Of a stretch of DNA of 64,000 bases, positions 39,591-54,250 are shown in pieces. The stretch's first letter is position 1. Each line of letters begins with the position of its first letter. The stretch spans positions 53,329,963-53,393,962 of the forward strand of contig NC_068987.1 of the NCBI RefSeq assembly GCF_001194135.2, written 5' to 3'. The DNA comes from Octopus bimaculoides (lineage: Eukaryota). The notes beneath the pieces were generated by a model that was not told the origin of the DNA, searched no databases, and worked only from the letters and a program-made list of their open reading frames with translations. Made by a program: the position numbers and the translations under genes.

Positions 39591-40852
39591 ATGTATGTAT
39601 GTATGTATACTGATATTAGCGACGCCGACACTTTTTTCTTTTGTCTCTGCGAATAGGGCAGCTCAGGGGTTATACAACAATGATCAAGTTTACTTTGCAT
39701 CTACGAGGAAGCTGTGAACATAAGTTGGAAGTGCAAACTTATTTAAACCACAGCGCTAACGCTAAATTACGAAAATACACATTGTAAAATCTGAACTAAT
39801 ATATATACTAAAAGACGAGGTAATATATATTAAATAAACTAGGAGAAAGCGACCCCAAGGTTGCTGCTTTTTCTAATCAAAACAATATTTCACAGAACAT
39901 ACACAATATAAATACATTGCTGAGAAAAATGGCATATTTAAAATATAGGATGTTGTAAAAGAGAGAAACCTTATGAAAAATAAATGAATGTTTGTGTGAA
40001 AGATGAGATTCTAATAAGAAAAGCATAGAAGCAGATAAATATATAATTGGGCCATGCCATAAACGTTTACATGCAAAAACACAAACATACATAAACATTT
40101 CAATTCACAATTCCACCCATACTCACGCAGAAAACACAAACACGTGCATATATGTGTGTGTGTATGTGTGTGTGTGTGTGTGTGTGCGTGTGCATGTGTG
40201 TATATATATATGTGTGTGTGTATAGATCTATATTTATATACATATATATGCGTGTGTATATATNNNNNNNNNNNNNNNNNNNNNNNNNNNNNNNNNNNNN
40301 NNNNNNNNNNNNNNNNNNNNNNNNNNNNNNNNNNNNNNNNNNNNNNNNNNNNNNNTATATATATACATATGCATAACATATATGTTTATATATAATGCAT
40401 ATACATAAATAGATATATATGCTTATAAGTAATTGTGTATGTGTGTGTGCCTGTATGTAGGTATTTACGTATGCATGCATATTAGTTTTGGCTTGAAGAC
40501 TCGTTCAGCAGTTTATCAGTAATGTACGTACTTTCTTGTTCTTTTGTTCTTCTTGTCAAATCATTAGAGTGGTATGCCAAAGGCAAAAATGAATCATTGA
40601 TACTTCTGCGCTAATCATGTGTTTGCTTTAATGTATCGTATTCCGGAGACTATTGTACAATAAGTATTGTATTCTTTGAAATTTGCGTTGTTCTTTTTTA
40701 TGCAGTTAGCAAGAGAAAAGTGGAAAATTGAGTGTTTTTTCATATTTTAGGGGAGATATACTCGTACTATATACGAAAATATCGACACACTTACGCACAT
40801 GCGCGCATGCATTATGAATACATATGTGTGTGTGTGTATATTTATATATGCA

Positions 40853-40912
<60 letters not shown>

Positions 40913-42429
40913 GAGATAGAGAGAGAAAAAGGGAGAGGAAGGTGGTGGGAGATGTACATACATAAATACATATATATATCTGTATTTGTACGTATCTATA
41001 AATATGCTTACAAGCCTATTTAATTATACATAGATTATATATTTAAATACATATGTATGTTTATTTACATACATTCCGACAGACTAACACACATACACAT
41101 ACGCACACACTCGTGCGCGCGCACACGCACACACATACGCGTGCACACACACACAAACACACTTACATACTTCTATGATGAAAATGTGCACTACTCCCGA
41201 TATCTGAAAGCAGCCTAATTCACGAAACTTCATAGAAACATTTAGCTGTTTTACAATTTACAACTGGTTTTCTTGTTTGTTAGCTTTTTTGCGTGTTTGT
41301 CTTATTGCCGTTTATAACAAAACCAGAAATGAACAACAATGTAGCTGAAAAAAATATTTTACCCGAAATATCTCGTATCGGGTTGAGATTACAAATTCTC
41401 CAATTTTTGCTGTAATTTTAAATTTGCATACTTCTATGCAACATATTGATGGAAATGTTCGGGTTAATATATCGGTTCGTGGATTCGAATAGCCATCATT
41501 GAATGTCATATGTGTATGTGTTTATTCAACTATGATTTTATCTCCAGCTGTTTTTATGTAGACAAGCAACATGCCTTTTAAAATGTAACATTAAACATAT
41601 ATTTCACTTACTGTCGAAAATTTGACATAACCTCTCTATACTAAACATGTACATGATTCCATTCGTCGTTGTCCTTATTATAAAATGATATTTATATTAA
41701 ACTAGACTCAGAATTAACTTTGGTTTTTTTCCAAGCTACAAAAAGATTCAATGTTTTGGTGTTCAGAAAGCAATTGAAGTTTCTCTCTCAAAATCGCCTC
41801 ACACATTATCTCGATCCATTTTGTTTTGCAATGTTATCGTAGAGAACAAGATTGGAAGGTGCAATATTTATCATCCGTTCACTTCATAGCATTGCAAAGT
41901 ATTTTAAATGAAAGTAAGGTATGTCTCGAAAATTCTTGCATTCATCTAAAAATCTTCAGAAATCTGAAGAATTCTCTGCGGAGAATTACACTAATTAAAA
42001 TGCTACGACTAAATTGTAACCGTATGTATGTGTATGCATTCATTTAAAATATTGACAATCGCACGCAGAGAAGCACTATGACACATATGTCAACTTTACT
42101 TATTCTGGCGTATAAGTCTAAGTTTATTTTTTTATCAGTACCTTAGATATTTTTTTCGTTTCCCTGCGGATTTTCTTTTACTTTTGTAAGAATATCGTAT
42201 ATCTTTTTTTTTTTTTTGGAGGGGCCTTTCTTTATATATTCTTTTATTTCAATTTGTCAAGATTAAATATTCAACCATCCTCGATAATGTATCAGCCAAT
42301 TAAAGGAAAAGCAGTTGTTTTTCCCTTCAAAATCAATGATGTATTTACTTGGCTTTGATGTTAACTCACTTTAGTGATTAGAAGTTGGAAATTGATCCAA
42401 TGTATTTTCACAAGTATGAGATCTCTAAA

Positions 42430-42800
42430 TCAATAAGATCCATAAGGAAGATATTCTTCAATGAGCGTTTCTACAAGTACCTACTGTAAATGTTTCGGTC
42501 CTTGTTATGAAGCATTGCAAGTTGTCAGCGGTGAATTTATCCCTCTTTGCAATGTAGAGGTTACACCTCTCGTACCTGTCTGTGTATGATACCGTTTTAT
42601 TATAAAGTCTCCATTTTGCAAATAGTATGTTTCCTCGACTTCAGGTTTCGATATATATTGAAGCAAAGACATAGGCTCCATTACGTCTCTGAATTTGAAA
42701 TCAAATGTTGGCTGACTATATCGGATTTTGAAGGCGTTTTCTGCGAAACCTAAATACGTGTAGTTTCATACATTAGCATATTTGATTGGCATGTTCTACT
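42430..42800 (-). mobile_element. Penelope-like GIY-YIG fragment
   Basis: YLGFAENAFKIRYSQ..SLLQYISK..; RCNLYIAK after a frameshift. Confidence 0.75.
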
Positions 42801-42936
42801 GAGCTGAGAAATTAATGCATTTCTCCAGTTATATCAAAAGCCTTCGAGCGGTGTAACATTGCTGTTAGTTCACTTATTGCAAGGAAGATTGGGATCATTT
42901 ATATCTAGACAATCATAAATTTTCTCAAGCCGTTTG

Positions 42937-42969
<33 letters not shown>

Positions 42970-43932
42970 GTATTTGTGTGTGTACAGAGCATTGTAACTA
43001 AAGAATATTTAGCGCTGCGTTCATGATCTATTAATATTCTTTCTGGATTATATTATCCTTTGATTGTGTTGTCATTTTACGATGAAGATTTAATATCCTT
43101 ACGTTATCCACAGTTTATCAATGCTGATTTCTAATGTAAGATTTGATTTAATACATCCATATCTAGTGGTAATAGAAATAGCACACTAAATGGATAATGT
43201 CCATCGAGCTGTTATATATTTCTAGTGAAACACAAGACGTGACCCGAAAGAAAACAAATTCAAAAGCGGTATGCAGATATTCGAAACTCATAGGTATATT
43301 GAAATCTAAAGAGATAATCAAAAATACATTCTTGGACTAAAATTTCAGGAAGATTGAAAGCAGGAGAAGTTTTAAAGAAAACGGAAAACTGAAATTCTCA
43401 AAAGGCGAAAGAATGAATTACTACTTTTGTGTAAATAACGGTATTATATTGCTATCTAGACGATCGAAATATATAGATACATATACTCAAAGCAAAAACA
43501 GCATCTAGCCAAGTTGTTTACACCATATACATGTAGTGGGATGCATATGTGCAGGAACTGAGGTGGTGGATAGTAATAATTCAATTTTCAGTGTCCTGTT
43601 CAACAGGCGGATATTTAGATTATGCAAGAAAAAAATGAGGATTATAAGACGTAAGATTCCATAATTCAAATGTAGCGTCGATTCAATGAAACACATGCTG
43701 ATATAAACACTTTCTTCGCCAGACATGTCATAGTAACTCAACATTAATTCCACACGAATGAAATTTGAGAAAAAGTTATAAATCTTAAAGGAGAGGAAAA
43801 CAGGAAGCAAAAATAACAATTTATATGTAGTAAAATTTCACTTATAAAAATGTCTGTACCTCCATTTAAGCATACATATGTATCTATGCATGGTTCAATG
43901 TATATATGCACACACACGCACACAGATATATA

Positions 43933-43976
<44 letters not shown>

Positions 43977-43979
43977 TAT

Positions 43980-44349
43980 ATAAAGTGTAGTATATTGCCA
44001 CTTAAGTGTGGCTGACCCCTAGGGGTGGATGTTACTGTTGCTTTTAGCCCCAGGAGGACATCTCCTCCAGCTGGCTTATCGACACACTACTGTGTCCTGT
44101 TTGCCAAGGGAAGTTATTCCTCCCACCATGATCTGTAGCACGAACGGACCCGGGTTTCAGGGTTATTTCCCTTCGTCGGCGTTCGATAGACACTGATCCT
44201 TGGTGGGAGGGATAACTTCCCTTGGCAAACCGGACACAGTAGTTTGTCGATAAGCCAGCTGGAGGAGATGTCCTCCTGGGGCTAAAAGCAACAGTAACAT
44301 CCACCCCTAGGGGTCAGCCACACTTAAGTGGCAATATACTACACTTTAT
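43980..44349. repeat. Long inverted repeat (149-bp arms, 72-bp spacer)
   Basis: 43980-44128 is the reverse complement of 44201-44349, with 3 mismatches by my alignment. Confidence 0.97.
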
Positions 44350-44767
44350 CGTGCAGTTACTGTTAATACTTCATTTAGAGAATTAACATTGCTTATATAT
44401 ATATATATATATATATATACATACACACACAAACATATATATATATATATCAGTATGTACTTGTGTATATATATATATATATATATAAAACTGAGAATCT
44501 ATGTGTCTGTCAATCTGTATATGTCCATCACAAAAAGTCTAGAGCTACCAACCGATTTCTTCAAATATTACACATACACTAATAAGTGTCCACGGAATGT
44601 CATGAGCCAAAAAAGAGTTTCAACTTCAAGCCTAATGCAAACCAAGAGCAATGTCTTAGACTGTTTCAGTATTGCGTATCAAATATGAGACAATAACAAC
44701 TCTATTGTAATGTGAGATAATATTGAAACTATTAAAAGAGAAACTATTATCTCATATTACATATATT

Positions 44768-44835
<68 letters not shown>

Positions 44836-45119
44836 CATGTATATATGTGCATATATATGTGTGTACATATACATGTAAATATATATTTGTATATATGTAT
44901 GTATATATAGATGTATATTTATAAATGTATACGTATAGATGTAAATGTATAGATACATATCTATATACGCGTACACATAAATATATACATATAGATGTAT
45001 GTTTATATATATATAGATCTATATGTAGGTTATCAGCGATAGTGGTGTCAATTAGACCCAAAGGTTTCAGGTAATGCTGATTAAGTGCTATGGATAGACC
45101 ACAGTTAAGCTCCAGGTTC

Positions 45120-45900
45120 CGTGTTTGGACAGGTCAGTAGTAGTGGCAGTAGACATAAAAACTATCTTATTTTACCTCACCTAACTTCGAATCTATTGCA
45201 TCCACCTCTAAGAAGCAAAAGCTATCTCTTTATTATCGAAACTCACATAACTACAACTCCAGTTATACGAACACCCAACACGCGCACAACTCCAGCACAG
45301 GTACCCTTATGTCTGACCACAACCACAACCCATTATATTGACACTGCCCAGAGCACTAATACAATCTCTACCAGCCCTACAAATAGTACGATTAATAGCA
45401 ACAATTGTAATAATAGCAACGTTGGTAATGATAACGTTAATAATACTAATAATATAAAATATTCTACCCACTTCTATAACCTCTCCTCTGATGATACTTC
45501 CTCCTGTATTACTGAGCACAGTCCCCAAAACTCCCCTAATTGTAATTGCCGTCCTGGAACCACCTGCCCGTCACAAACCCATTGCAGAAGATATAATGCA
45601 ATTTATAAATGCATTGTCCTTAATCTATTACACAACTCTACAGCCATATGCATTGGATCAACTTAAAGTTTTAAACAACGATATGCTGCTCACCTCCACT
45701 CCTTTAGATACGATGAACATAGTAAATCTACAACACTCGCCAACCACATACATCAAAAATGCAAATATTTCCTATACTCTATCATGGTCCATACTGGACC
45801 CAGGGCCTCCCTGCCGAGGTCAACATTCAGCCTGCAAACTTTGCCTGAAGAAGGTACTCCACATATTAAAGCAAAACTCTCCAGCTCTGGTAAGTAAACA
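45120..45900 (+). mobile_element. Penelope-like linker and GIY-YIG fragment with an Asn/Thr-rich stretch
   Basis: NCNCRPGTTCPSQTHC..AIYKC..CIGST; YTLSWSILDPGPP..ACKLCLKKVLHIL; runs into a gap. Confidence 0.82.
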
Positions 45901-46039
45901 TNNNNNNNNNNNNNNNNNNNNNNNNNNNNNNNNNNNNNNNNNNNNNNNNNNNNNNNNNNNNNNNNNNNNNNNNNNNNNNNNNNNNNNNNNNNNNNNNNNN
46001 NNNNNNNNNNNNNNNNNNNNNNNNNNNNNNNNNNNNNNN

Positions 46040-46091
<52 letters not shown>

Positions 46092-47108
46092 CGGTTCAAA
46101 ACATTTTGTACGGTGACATGCCGAATTTCTGATCCATACCTGTAATGACTTAGACCTCTCTCGAAAGCGATTATAGCGTGATGGATTGTGTCACGGTTTC
46201 ACTTATTGTGTTAAATGCCTATATATTTGCCAGAAAACGGTGACATACCCACAACAGAAAGATGTAGATATATCCTTTAACTTCTCTGTTGGTAGAAATA
46301 AATACTTTGCTTGTGAGAATTCGAACGATTTAACTCAATCTCTAACCATCGTGAGTGCAACATCCTAACTTTAGAGCCATGGGCCTTCACATATTTCTAA
46401 AACGAATAAGCAGCATTACTAATTATATATTTTTTTACTGTAGAGCATGAAAATCTATTAGATTGGCGTTGTGAAAAATTTGACGCCAAAAATAGAATGG
46501 TTTCAATTTTTTTCCTGTCAATATAATACTTTTCAAGACGTTTCGAAATTAATCATAGCTTGCGAAATTTTAGCCTTAGAATTAAAAAAAATAGATTATT
46601 GTTTTCTTCGACATATTGATGATATGTTACAAATTTATCAATGGACACGTTTCTCGAACGGCAACTACGTTAACACAGTGCTGACATCGATAATTATATT
46701 TTAAATTTGTTACATATTCTATTGTTGTTTTTTAAAAAAATTTTGTTTGATATATTATTGATTAGCTTGGAACTTTCTCATGTGCGTGGGATCGTAAAAG
46801 AAGTTTTAAGTTACGTGCAACATGGTTCCAATACTTTATTGAAGTCATGTGGCGTTACGCCGGCATCGTTAAGGATAATGCTATATTTATTTGAGAAAAG
46901 AGGAGAATTTCATCGGTATTAGATTTCACACCCTACAGAACTGGTAGCCTACTCAAGGCGAAGTTCACTAATATGGTATTTCATATGAAACTACCGAACC
47001 GATTACAGGTATGCAATCGATCCGACGGTCTAAAGTTTCTGGCATTTCGTTTCCTAATATCTATTTACATTTTTTCATGCATGAATCATATATTCATATA
47101 TCTGCTCA

Positions 47109-47172
<64 letters not shown>

Positions 47173-48019
47173 AATATATATATATATGAAATGCTTCTTT
47201 ATAACTGACCGTCAGTCTAACGATGAAGATTCTGATTTTCGAACCAATTGCCACATACGACATTTCTCTGATGGTATCTTGTAGGTAGATATCATGTAAC
47301 ATTGCGTGTGAAAAGATTTTACATTGGAATTAGAACTACAATAGGTCTGGCGGTTTTTTTTATATAGTTCACTACATATTTTCCCCCTGCAGCTATAGAA
47401 AATAATACTTGTTCAAGATGCAGCGCACTCAATCAAACGTAGTTTCGAAGCGATCTTCTCAAATATGTTGGTGACATATATCATGTGTGTGCACGTGTGT
47501 GTGGTGGGGGTTTAGAAACAGATTTTCAATGTATTTCTCAACAGGGTTTTAAATTATTGTAATCCATAACGCTAACCCTTCCTCAAAATATCTAAAGTAG
47601 ATACCTTTTTTGAATATCATATTTTTAATACGCAAAATGAAAACTATATCATTTATCATGAGACACTCTAGAATGTCCCACCTAAAATGATTTATGAACA
47701 CTTAGACAATCCATATGAAATCTTCATAATTGGTATCACGCATTATTGTATATATTTTGGTCGATGAATATATATTCGATTAACATAAACAATATATTCG
47801 TGACAGCATATATAACAGTTTTATTAATATTCTCTGTAGGACGTTAAATCGCTTGAGATGTGACAAGATATATCGAGTTCAGAACTGTACATATGATATG
47901 AGATTCTATTTTTCACATGAAGAAAATAACACGTAGTAAAGGTACGAAATGCACAAAAAATTGTGACAAATTTATTATAGGAAACTGCATTTCCCGGCTT
48001 TGCATACATACATATATAC

Positions 48020-48053
<34 letters not shown>

Positions 48054-48304
48054 NNNNNNNNNNNNNNNNNNNNNNNNNNNNNNNNNNNNNNNNNNNNNNN
48101 NNNNNNNNNNNNNNNNNNNNNNNNNNNNNNNNNNNNNNNNNNNNNNNNNNNNNNNNNNNNNNNNNNNNNNNNNNNNNNNNNNNNNNNNNNNNNNNNNNNN
48201 NNNNNNNNNNNNNNNNNNNNNNNNNNNNNNNNNNNNNNNNNNNNNNNNNNNNNNNNNGACAGAGAGAGACAGAGAGAGAGAGAGACAGAGAGAGAGAGAG
48301 ATAG

Positions 48305-48420
48305 ACATCGTGGTACTCTGTCGGTTACGACGACGAGGGTTCCAGTTCATCCGATCAACGGAACACCCTGCTAGTGAAATTAACGTGCAAGTGGCTGAGC
48401 ACTTCACAGACGCGTGTTGC
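48305..48420 (-). mobile_element. 3' tail fragment of the SINE family at 37893
   Basis: Reverse complement matches about 38165-38268 (GTGCTCAACCACTTGCACGTTAATTTCAC..GGAACCCTCG). Confidence 0.85.
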
Positions 48421-50410
48421 TTACGACACTGCCAGCTTGCAGACTTATGTTGAGTGGTTTTTGTTTTCAACATATATTAGCCATGAATGAACACACTCAT
48501 GAGCAGTCGGTTTCAGGCCCTATTAATGTATGTTTTCTTTCAACGTAATGCATTTAGTGTGTTCTTTTTAAAAAAGGATATTTATGTGATTTCAAAGTAA
48601 GTTGGTTGCTCATTTATTTTGTGTTCTATATTCTATCAACGATACATTCTAAACTTAAACAAATCTAAAACAAAAAGGTAACGGAAGAAAAGCCCGGAAA
48701 TATCAAGTAATGAAGATTTTTTTTAAATATACAACATATAGGACAGGAATTTGTAAAATATAGAGAATATAGCACAGGATATTTAAACTGAATTGTAGAA
48801 CCAGCGATCAGACGCTTTCTACTGAGTCTTATAGGTAAAGTTTCACTTCCAATGGATACTAAAGAGATATTTTCTCCATTTTATGATTTGGATTGAATTT
48901 TCAATTACGCAATACAAACTCTATAAATCAAACTCTATCGTATTTAAAATAGCGACCGTTTAGACATATTCCATGTCATTTATTCTACACGATATCTGAT
49001 TATTACAGAACACACAAACAAAACACAGAACATTTACGAAAACTCAAACTGTCTACTGTTATCAAATGTCTTAAGAAGTTCGATAGCAAAAGCTGGGTGA
49101 GTTATTTTATGCTTATTAATTCTCTTTGTACAACGACTTATTTTCTCGTTTTCCCGGGATTGATTGTTTGATGGAAAATTTTATATAATTTCATAAATTT
49201 CAGAAACTTTACCTGCTAGGTTATTCAATGTAACTGACACTGTATATAGCCGTCAAAGGCAAAAGGTAATGACTTCAATTTGCTAATGACATCTTCCTAA
49301 TATTGTTGAATTAAGGTTTATTCTCTTTAAATTAGATTTTTTACTCTTTTATCCGTATATATTAGTAATCTTATACTTTGTAGAACATATACACCATGTT
49401 CTCTACATACATATTTTACATTGTACACATTCTATATATCTTAGTTACATAAATAAATACAACGTAAGTTCTACGCATAGTCTCGAAAAGTATGCGTATA
49501 AAAAATACAGTTGTAAATCATTGTCATATGGTTTATAACTGTATTTATTCTATGCATATACGTATGTATGGATTTATGTATATATTGTATGTAAATATGT
49601 ATATATTCGGTTAAAAGTGCAGAGATAAAGTCAATAAAAGCATCATAGGTGTGCAGTTACTGGTTATTCTAGGACTTAATAGGCAATAGATAATTGGTAG
49701 GTTTTTCGTCTCAGTCAAATGGAATTCGTTCGAATTTGCCTCTAGATATATGTTTCTTTACAGAGTTTCCACTCTAATCTTTTTTATATAAAGAGGCAAT
49801 TATTTGAAGAGAAATTGTCTGACACATATATAAGTATATTCTTACTGATATATATATATACACACATACATATAAGAAAATTATAGTCGTCAACTGCACG
49901 TGACAAAGGGTGAGAAGAACAACTACATTACTATAAATAGGAGCTAAAATACTGCAATACTGTTATAAAGCACACAGCATATATTCTGATAGAGGCTGCA
50001 ATCACTCCAAACACCGAACCGAGAGGCCCCTATACGAACCGGTCAGTTTCGGCTATTTCCGTAGCCAATGTTATTGAGGCCAGCTCGTTCGGCCGATACT
50101 GAACTACTTCGGGAATAAAAATATATGCATTCCCCATAAAAAGTTATGCATGATTGAGCAAATTGCTAATGTGTAGACAAACATTAATAAAAACAGATAT
50201 TTGCTATGTTAAGTTATAAAGGAAAATTATAGTCCTCAACTAAACGTGATTAAAGCTGTGAAGAACGCCTACACTGCAAGAAATCAGAGCTAAACTACCC
50301 AAATTCTGTTTAATATACATCTTCCATATATATGTGCGTGTGTGCACACGCGCGCGCGTGTGTGTGCATAGACACATGTGTGTGTATATATATATATATA
50401 TATATAGTTT

Positions 50411-50442
<32 letters not shown>

Positions 50443-53400
50443 CACATGTATATAGACAGGTGTGTGGATATATACAAGTGCTTACACACACACACGTACA
50501 CACATACAGACGCGCGCACCCAAAACCCACACACCCACACATGGATATATTCATAAAAATTCTAGCGAAATATTACCTCGACCGGTATTACATTTTATAT
50601 TGGAGTGCTTGCTAGTGTAACAGATAACGTTTTTGAAAACATAACTTTACTATAGATTTTATTTTGGCCCAATATTTCGTTTATATTACACAGATATGTG
50701 ATCTTGCATTTTATTACAAATTTAAGGATTTTCCTGCTTTCTAACATCGATTTCTTTCCGTTATAAAAATGCCAGATTTGTTTAAGGTTAAAATTTATCG
50801 CCGATAGAATATAGAGCGCCAGATAAAATTGTATTGCACAGACTGTAAACATTCAATACAAAATGTCTTTGAGCTGCCTTCCCAATTCTAGTTTTATGCA
50901 TCTTCAAAATAATCCGTCTTCCATAAAATTTAGAAAATGTCCTTTCGCATAAACATGGCATAGACGGATACAATCTCTCTAAAGTTACGAATTCCTGTTA
51001 ACACTTCTCAATTACGCTACAACTTTGTAGTATGTGTTTCAAGAAGATATTTAATGCATTTCTGTTATCATTTTAAACATTATTCAACGAAATATTGTAA
51101 ATAAATGAGGCCTCATATTTGTACTCTGTATGTCTACCATCGTGTGGATGATAAAATACAATTGTAGCAAAGAATATTCTTACGCTAATCCTCATTTAAT
51201 AAAACATCTAATTTATAATATTAGTTCCTTATGATTAAGCACCATAATCTCACAAATAATCCTATATATTGTTAATGCTGTTCCGACTGGATATCAAAAT
51301 CCAATTATAAGTATGTTTAATTTTGATTTACATGTTACTTTCGTATGTGTACTATATTAATTAATTATTTTGATGAAGCACCACCGAGGTTGGATATTCG
51401 TTACGTTTCTATCAACTCCATTACTATTTAGACGCTTATTAAAAAGAAATTGTTTCAGCTGGAAATGTAAACGATTTAGTTAACATAATATACAGTCATA
51501 TACGTGGAATAGGGATCATCATCGCATCCCTGTAATTATTCAATTATCTGTTCATATTACTTTCTAGACACAATTCTAGGCAAGATCTACAGTTTATTGT
51601 AATTAAATTTATTGAATAATAATTGACTGCTTCCTATACAATTTGAATAAGAGAATGACAGGAGAATTTCATTCCTGTGGAATTTGAACTAAAAATGTGC
51701 AAAAGGTATCCAAGCGACCTGAATAGTTTATATCATTTCTCTCCCACTCCTCTAATTATAAATTTTTATTGTATTCATTACTTATAGAGACACTCGATGC
51801 GATCTGTAAATAAATAGATAAATTGTGTACTGTGTACTCTATTTCTAACAACCATTCATGCCAGAGGCCCAATACAGGACTTCACTATTGATCGAGAGCT
51901 AACGTCTGTTTTATTACGAAATATATTGATTTCCGAAATTTATTCAGACATTCAACTGCATTACACCAACTACACAATGGTAACGATGTCTAACAAGTTT
52001 GGGTCATCAGAAAACTCATAAAAATAATGCACATGTTCTTAATAAATCAAAATCAGTTATCAAATATTTAAAATCTATTTCTCATATATGAATGTTTATA
52101 TTTTGAATTTAATATGCTAATTTCTTACACAGAAAAGGCGCCGAAATTTGGGAGGTAAATCAATCGATTAAATCGTACTAGTATTTACTTTTCTCGATAT
52201 GGGAAAGATATAATCATCGTCTGTGTGTTTTGAAATTAGAACTTAACTGCAATGAATATCAAAAGACATCTTCCCGAAACCTTAAGTAATCCAGCAATCC
52301 ACTGACCTTCATTTATATAGGGGGAGGACATTCGATGTCCCATCAATTCCCATTACAACATGTTATGTTACTGAAGGTTATATGGACGATAGTAATGCAA
52401 CTATAACTCAAATATTTTTGAACATTTAGTCTTAATACGTAAGGTCATGAAGTTTCTCACACGTAATAAACCAACAGTTTAGCTAAACATATTTCACTAT
52501 ATTAAGGTATTAAGGATTAGAAAAAAAAAAGCATTCTTTTTTTTTTTTACATATTTTCGCCTCATACTAAATTATCCCACTGTATATTCTTAACGGAGGC
52601 AGCAATACCCTCTGTGATATTGGTTATACCTTTTTTTACATAGCAAAAATATATCTGTAAATCCTATATCTTGCTCGTCTTATGAACATGTTCCGTGTAA
52701 AATGACATAAAATATCATTTTATTGAGATGTAGTATTGTAATGATTAACAGCTTAGAAGCAAATTAAGAAAAATTTAATCATTTTTAGCTGCACGACTTA
52801 TATAGCAAAAAGCTTTTGGATTAGTTTTTAAAATAGTTCATGCTGCCTGATCTGATTTTATTTAAAACCCGAAGAAGAGAGAACCAATAAAAATTTTACC
52901 TGTTTGGAGGTGAACGAAGATCCTTTCCGTAATATCGAAAAAGGAGCTTAAAAACGTTTTTATTCTAAAAAAGAAGAAAATGACAAATTCTTACATGTTT
53001 CTTAAATAATATTATAGAAAGGTCTCTATGTGAGGAAAGTACAAATGACAAACGTTACGTTGAGTTACTATGAATTATATTTAATACTATATTATTCAGG
53101 CCTGATCTCTTTGAGATCATTCCTTACATATGCAGTTCTAGTTAGAGGATTGAGGACAAAAATCAATAATATTCTGTGTAAACGAGCCATAATGCCTTTA
53201 CAATAAGCTTACATTTGAAAAGTTACTTTGAGCCAATGACTGAAGTGAGTGCCGCAATGATCTTCTGTCAATGGTATTGACATTAAAATATTTCCATTAT
53301 TAACCAACCGAAGGGCATATATATATATATATATATTCGGGGCTTTGCAGTGTGATTTGAGGGAAGATAGGGTGCAGTTTCCACCAGATCTAGCTACATT

Positions 53401-53801
53401 TTAGTGAATCGCTCGTTTGTTTGTTCATACATTTATAAACACAGAAGGTAGTAGGTGGTATTTAGAGTTGATAAGTTACTATGATGGCAACATGAACATT
53501 TCCATAATTCTTTTTCTTTCTCTCTCTGGCTATATCTTTATCACTCTCATCGTATTGAATTGTTTGTCAATGGTGAAATGGTGAACTGGAAATAATCATA
53601 GAACTTGTTATCCTTATTCTTCGATAAAAATGTGAAAATATATATAATTGTGTTTCCTGTATATATGTAAATTACTGTCATACATAAGTACCATGTAATG
53701 TGGAGAATAATGTTTTTATATATAATTATTTAGTAGGTTAGGGTTCAAATAATATACAGGTGCACAAAAATCCCACCCACACATGTGTGTAAATGAGTGA
53801 T

Positions 53802-53858
53802 GCGTGCGTGAATAAGTAGTGCGTGTGTGAATAAGTAGTGCGTGTGTGAGTAAGTAGT
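53802..53858. repeat. 19-bp tandem repeat x3 grading into (GT)n
   Basis: GCGTG(C/T)GTGA(A/G)TAAGTAGT x3. Confidence 0.9.
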
Positions 53859-53873
53859 GTGTGTGTGTGTGTA

Positions 53874-53918
<45 letters not shown>

Positions 53919-54250
53919 ATGCTTGTATGTGTGTGTATATAAAAAAATGTCAGTCAGATAAGTAATATAGCGATTACAATAATAGCTAAACAATCTTTGT
54001 CAATCAGGCGGAGATTATCTAAATTCTCTCTTTAAACAATATATCAAGTAGCGTATTCTTTTTCTCTAGAGCAATTGTTTTCAGTTGAATCATAATAGCA
54101 TGTTATTGTATATCTATATCTATCTATAACAATCTCTTTATATTATATATCCTTTGCACAATAGAATTCACGTTTTTTGGAGAGAAAAGTGTTATTCATC
54201 TTCTTGTAGAATACATGTTTACATTGGAAATATCAAAATAAAAGTATTCA

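Noticed and set aside
12780-48473. Many long ORFs in the supplied track containing X runs or YI/CV/TH/ER repeats
   Set aside because: Artefacts of N-gaps and (TA)n, (CA)n, (GA)n and (TACA)n microsatellites; not genes.
48799-49266. Three adjacent plus-strand exon candidates (48799-48834, 49009-49096, about 49204-49266)
   Set aside because: The first two can be joined in frame, but the third cannot in any phase; weak acceptors and no recognisable protein.
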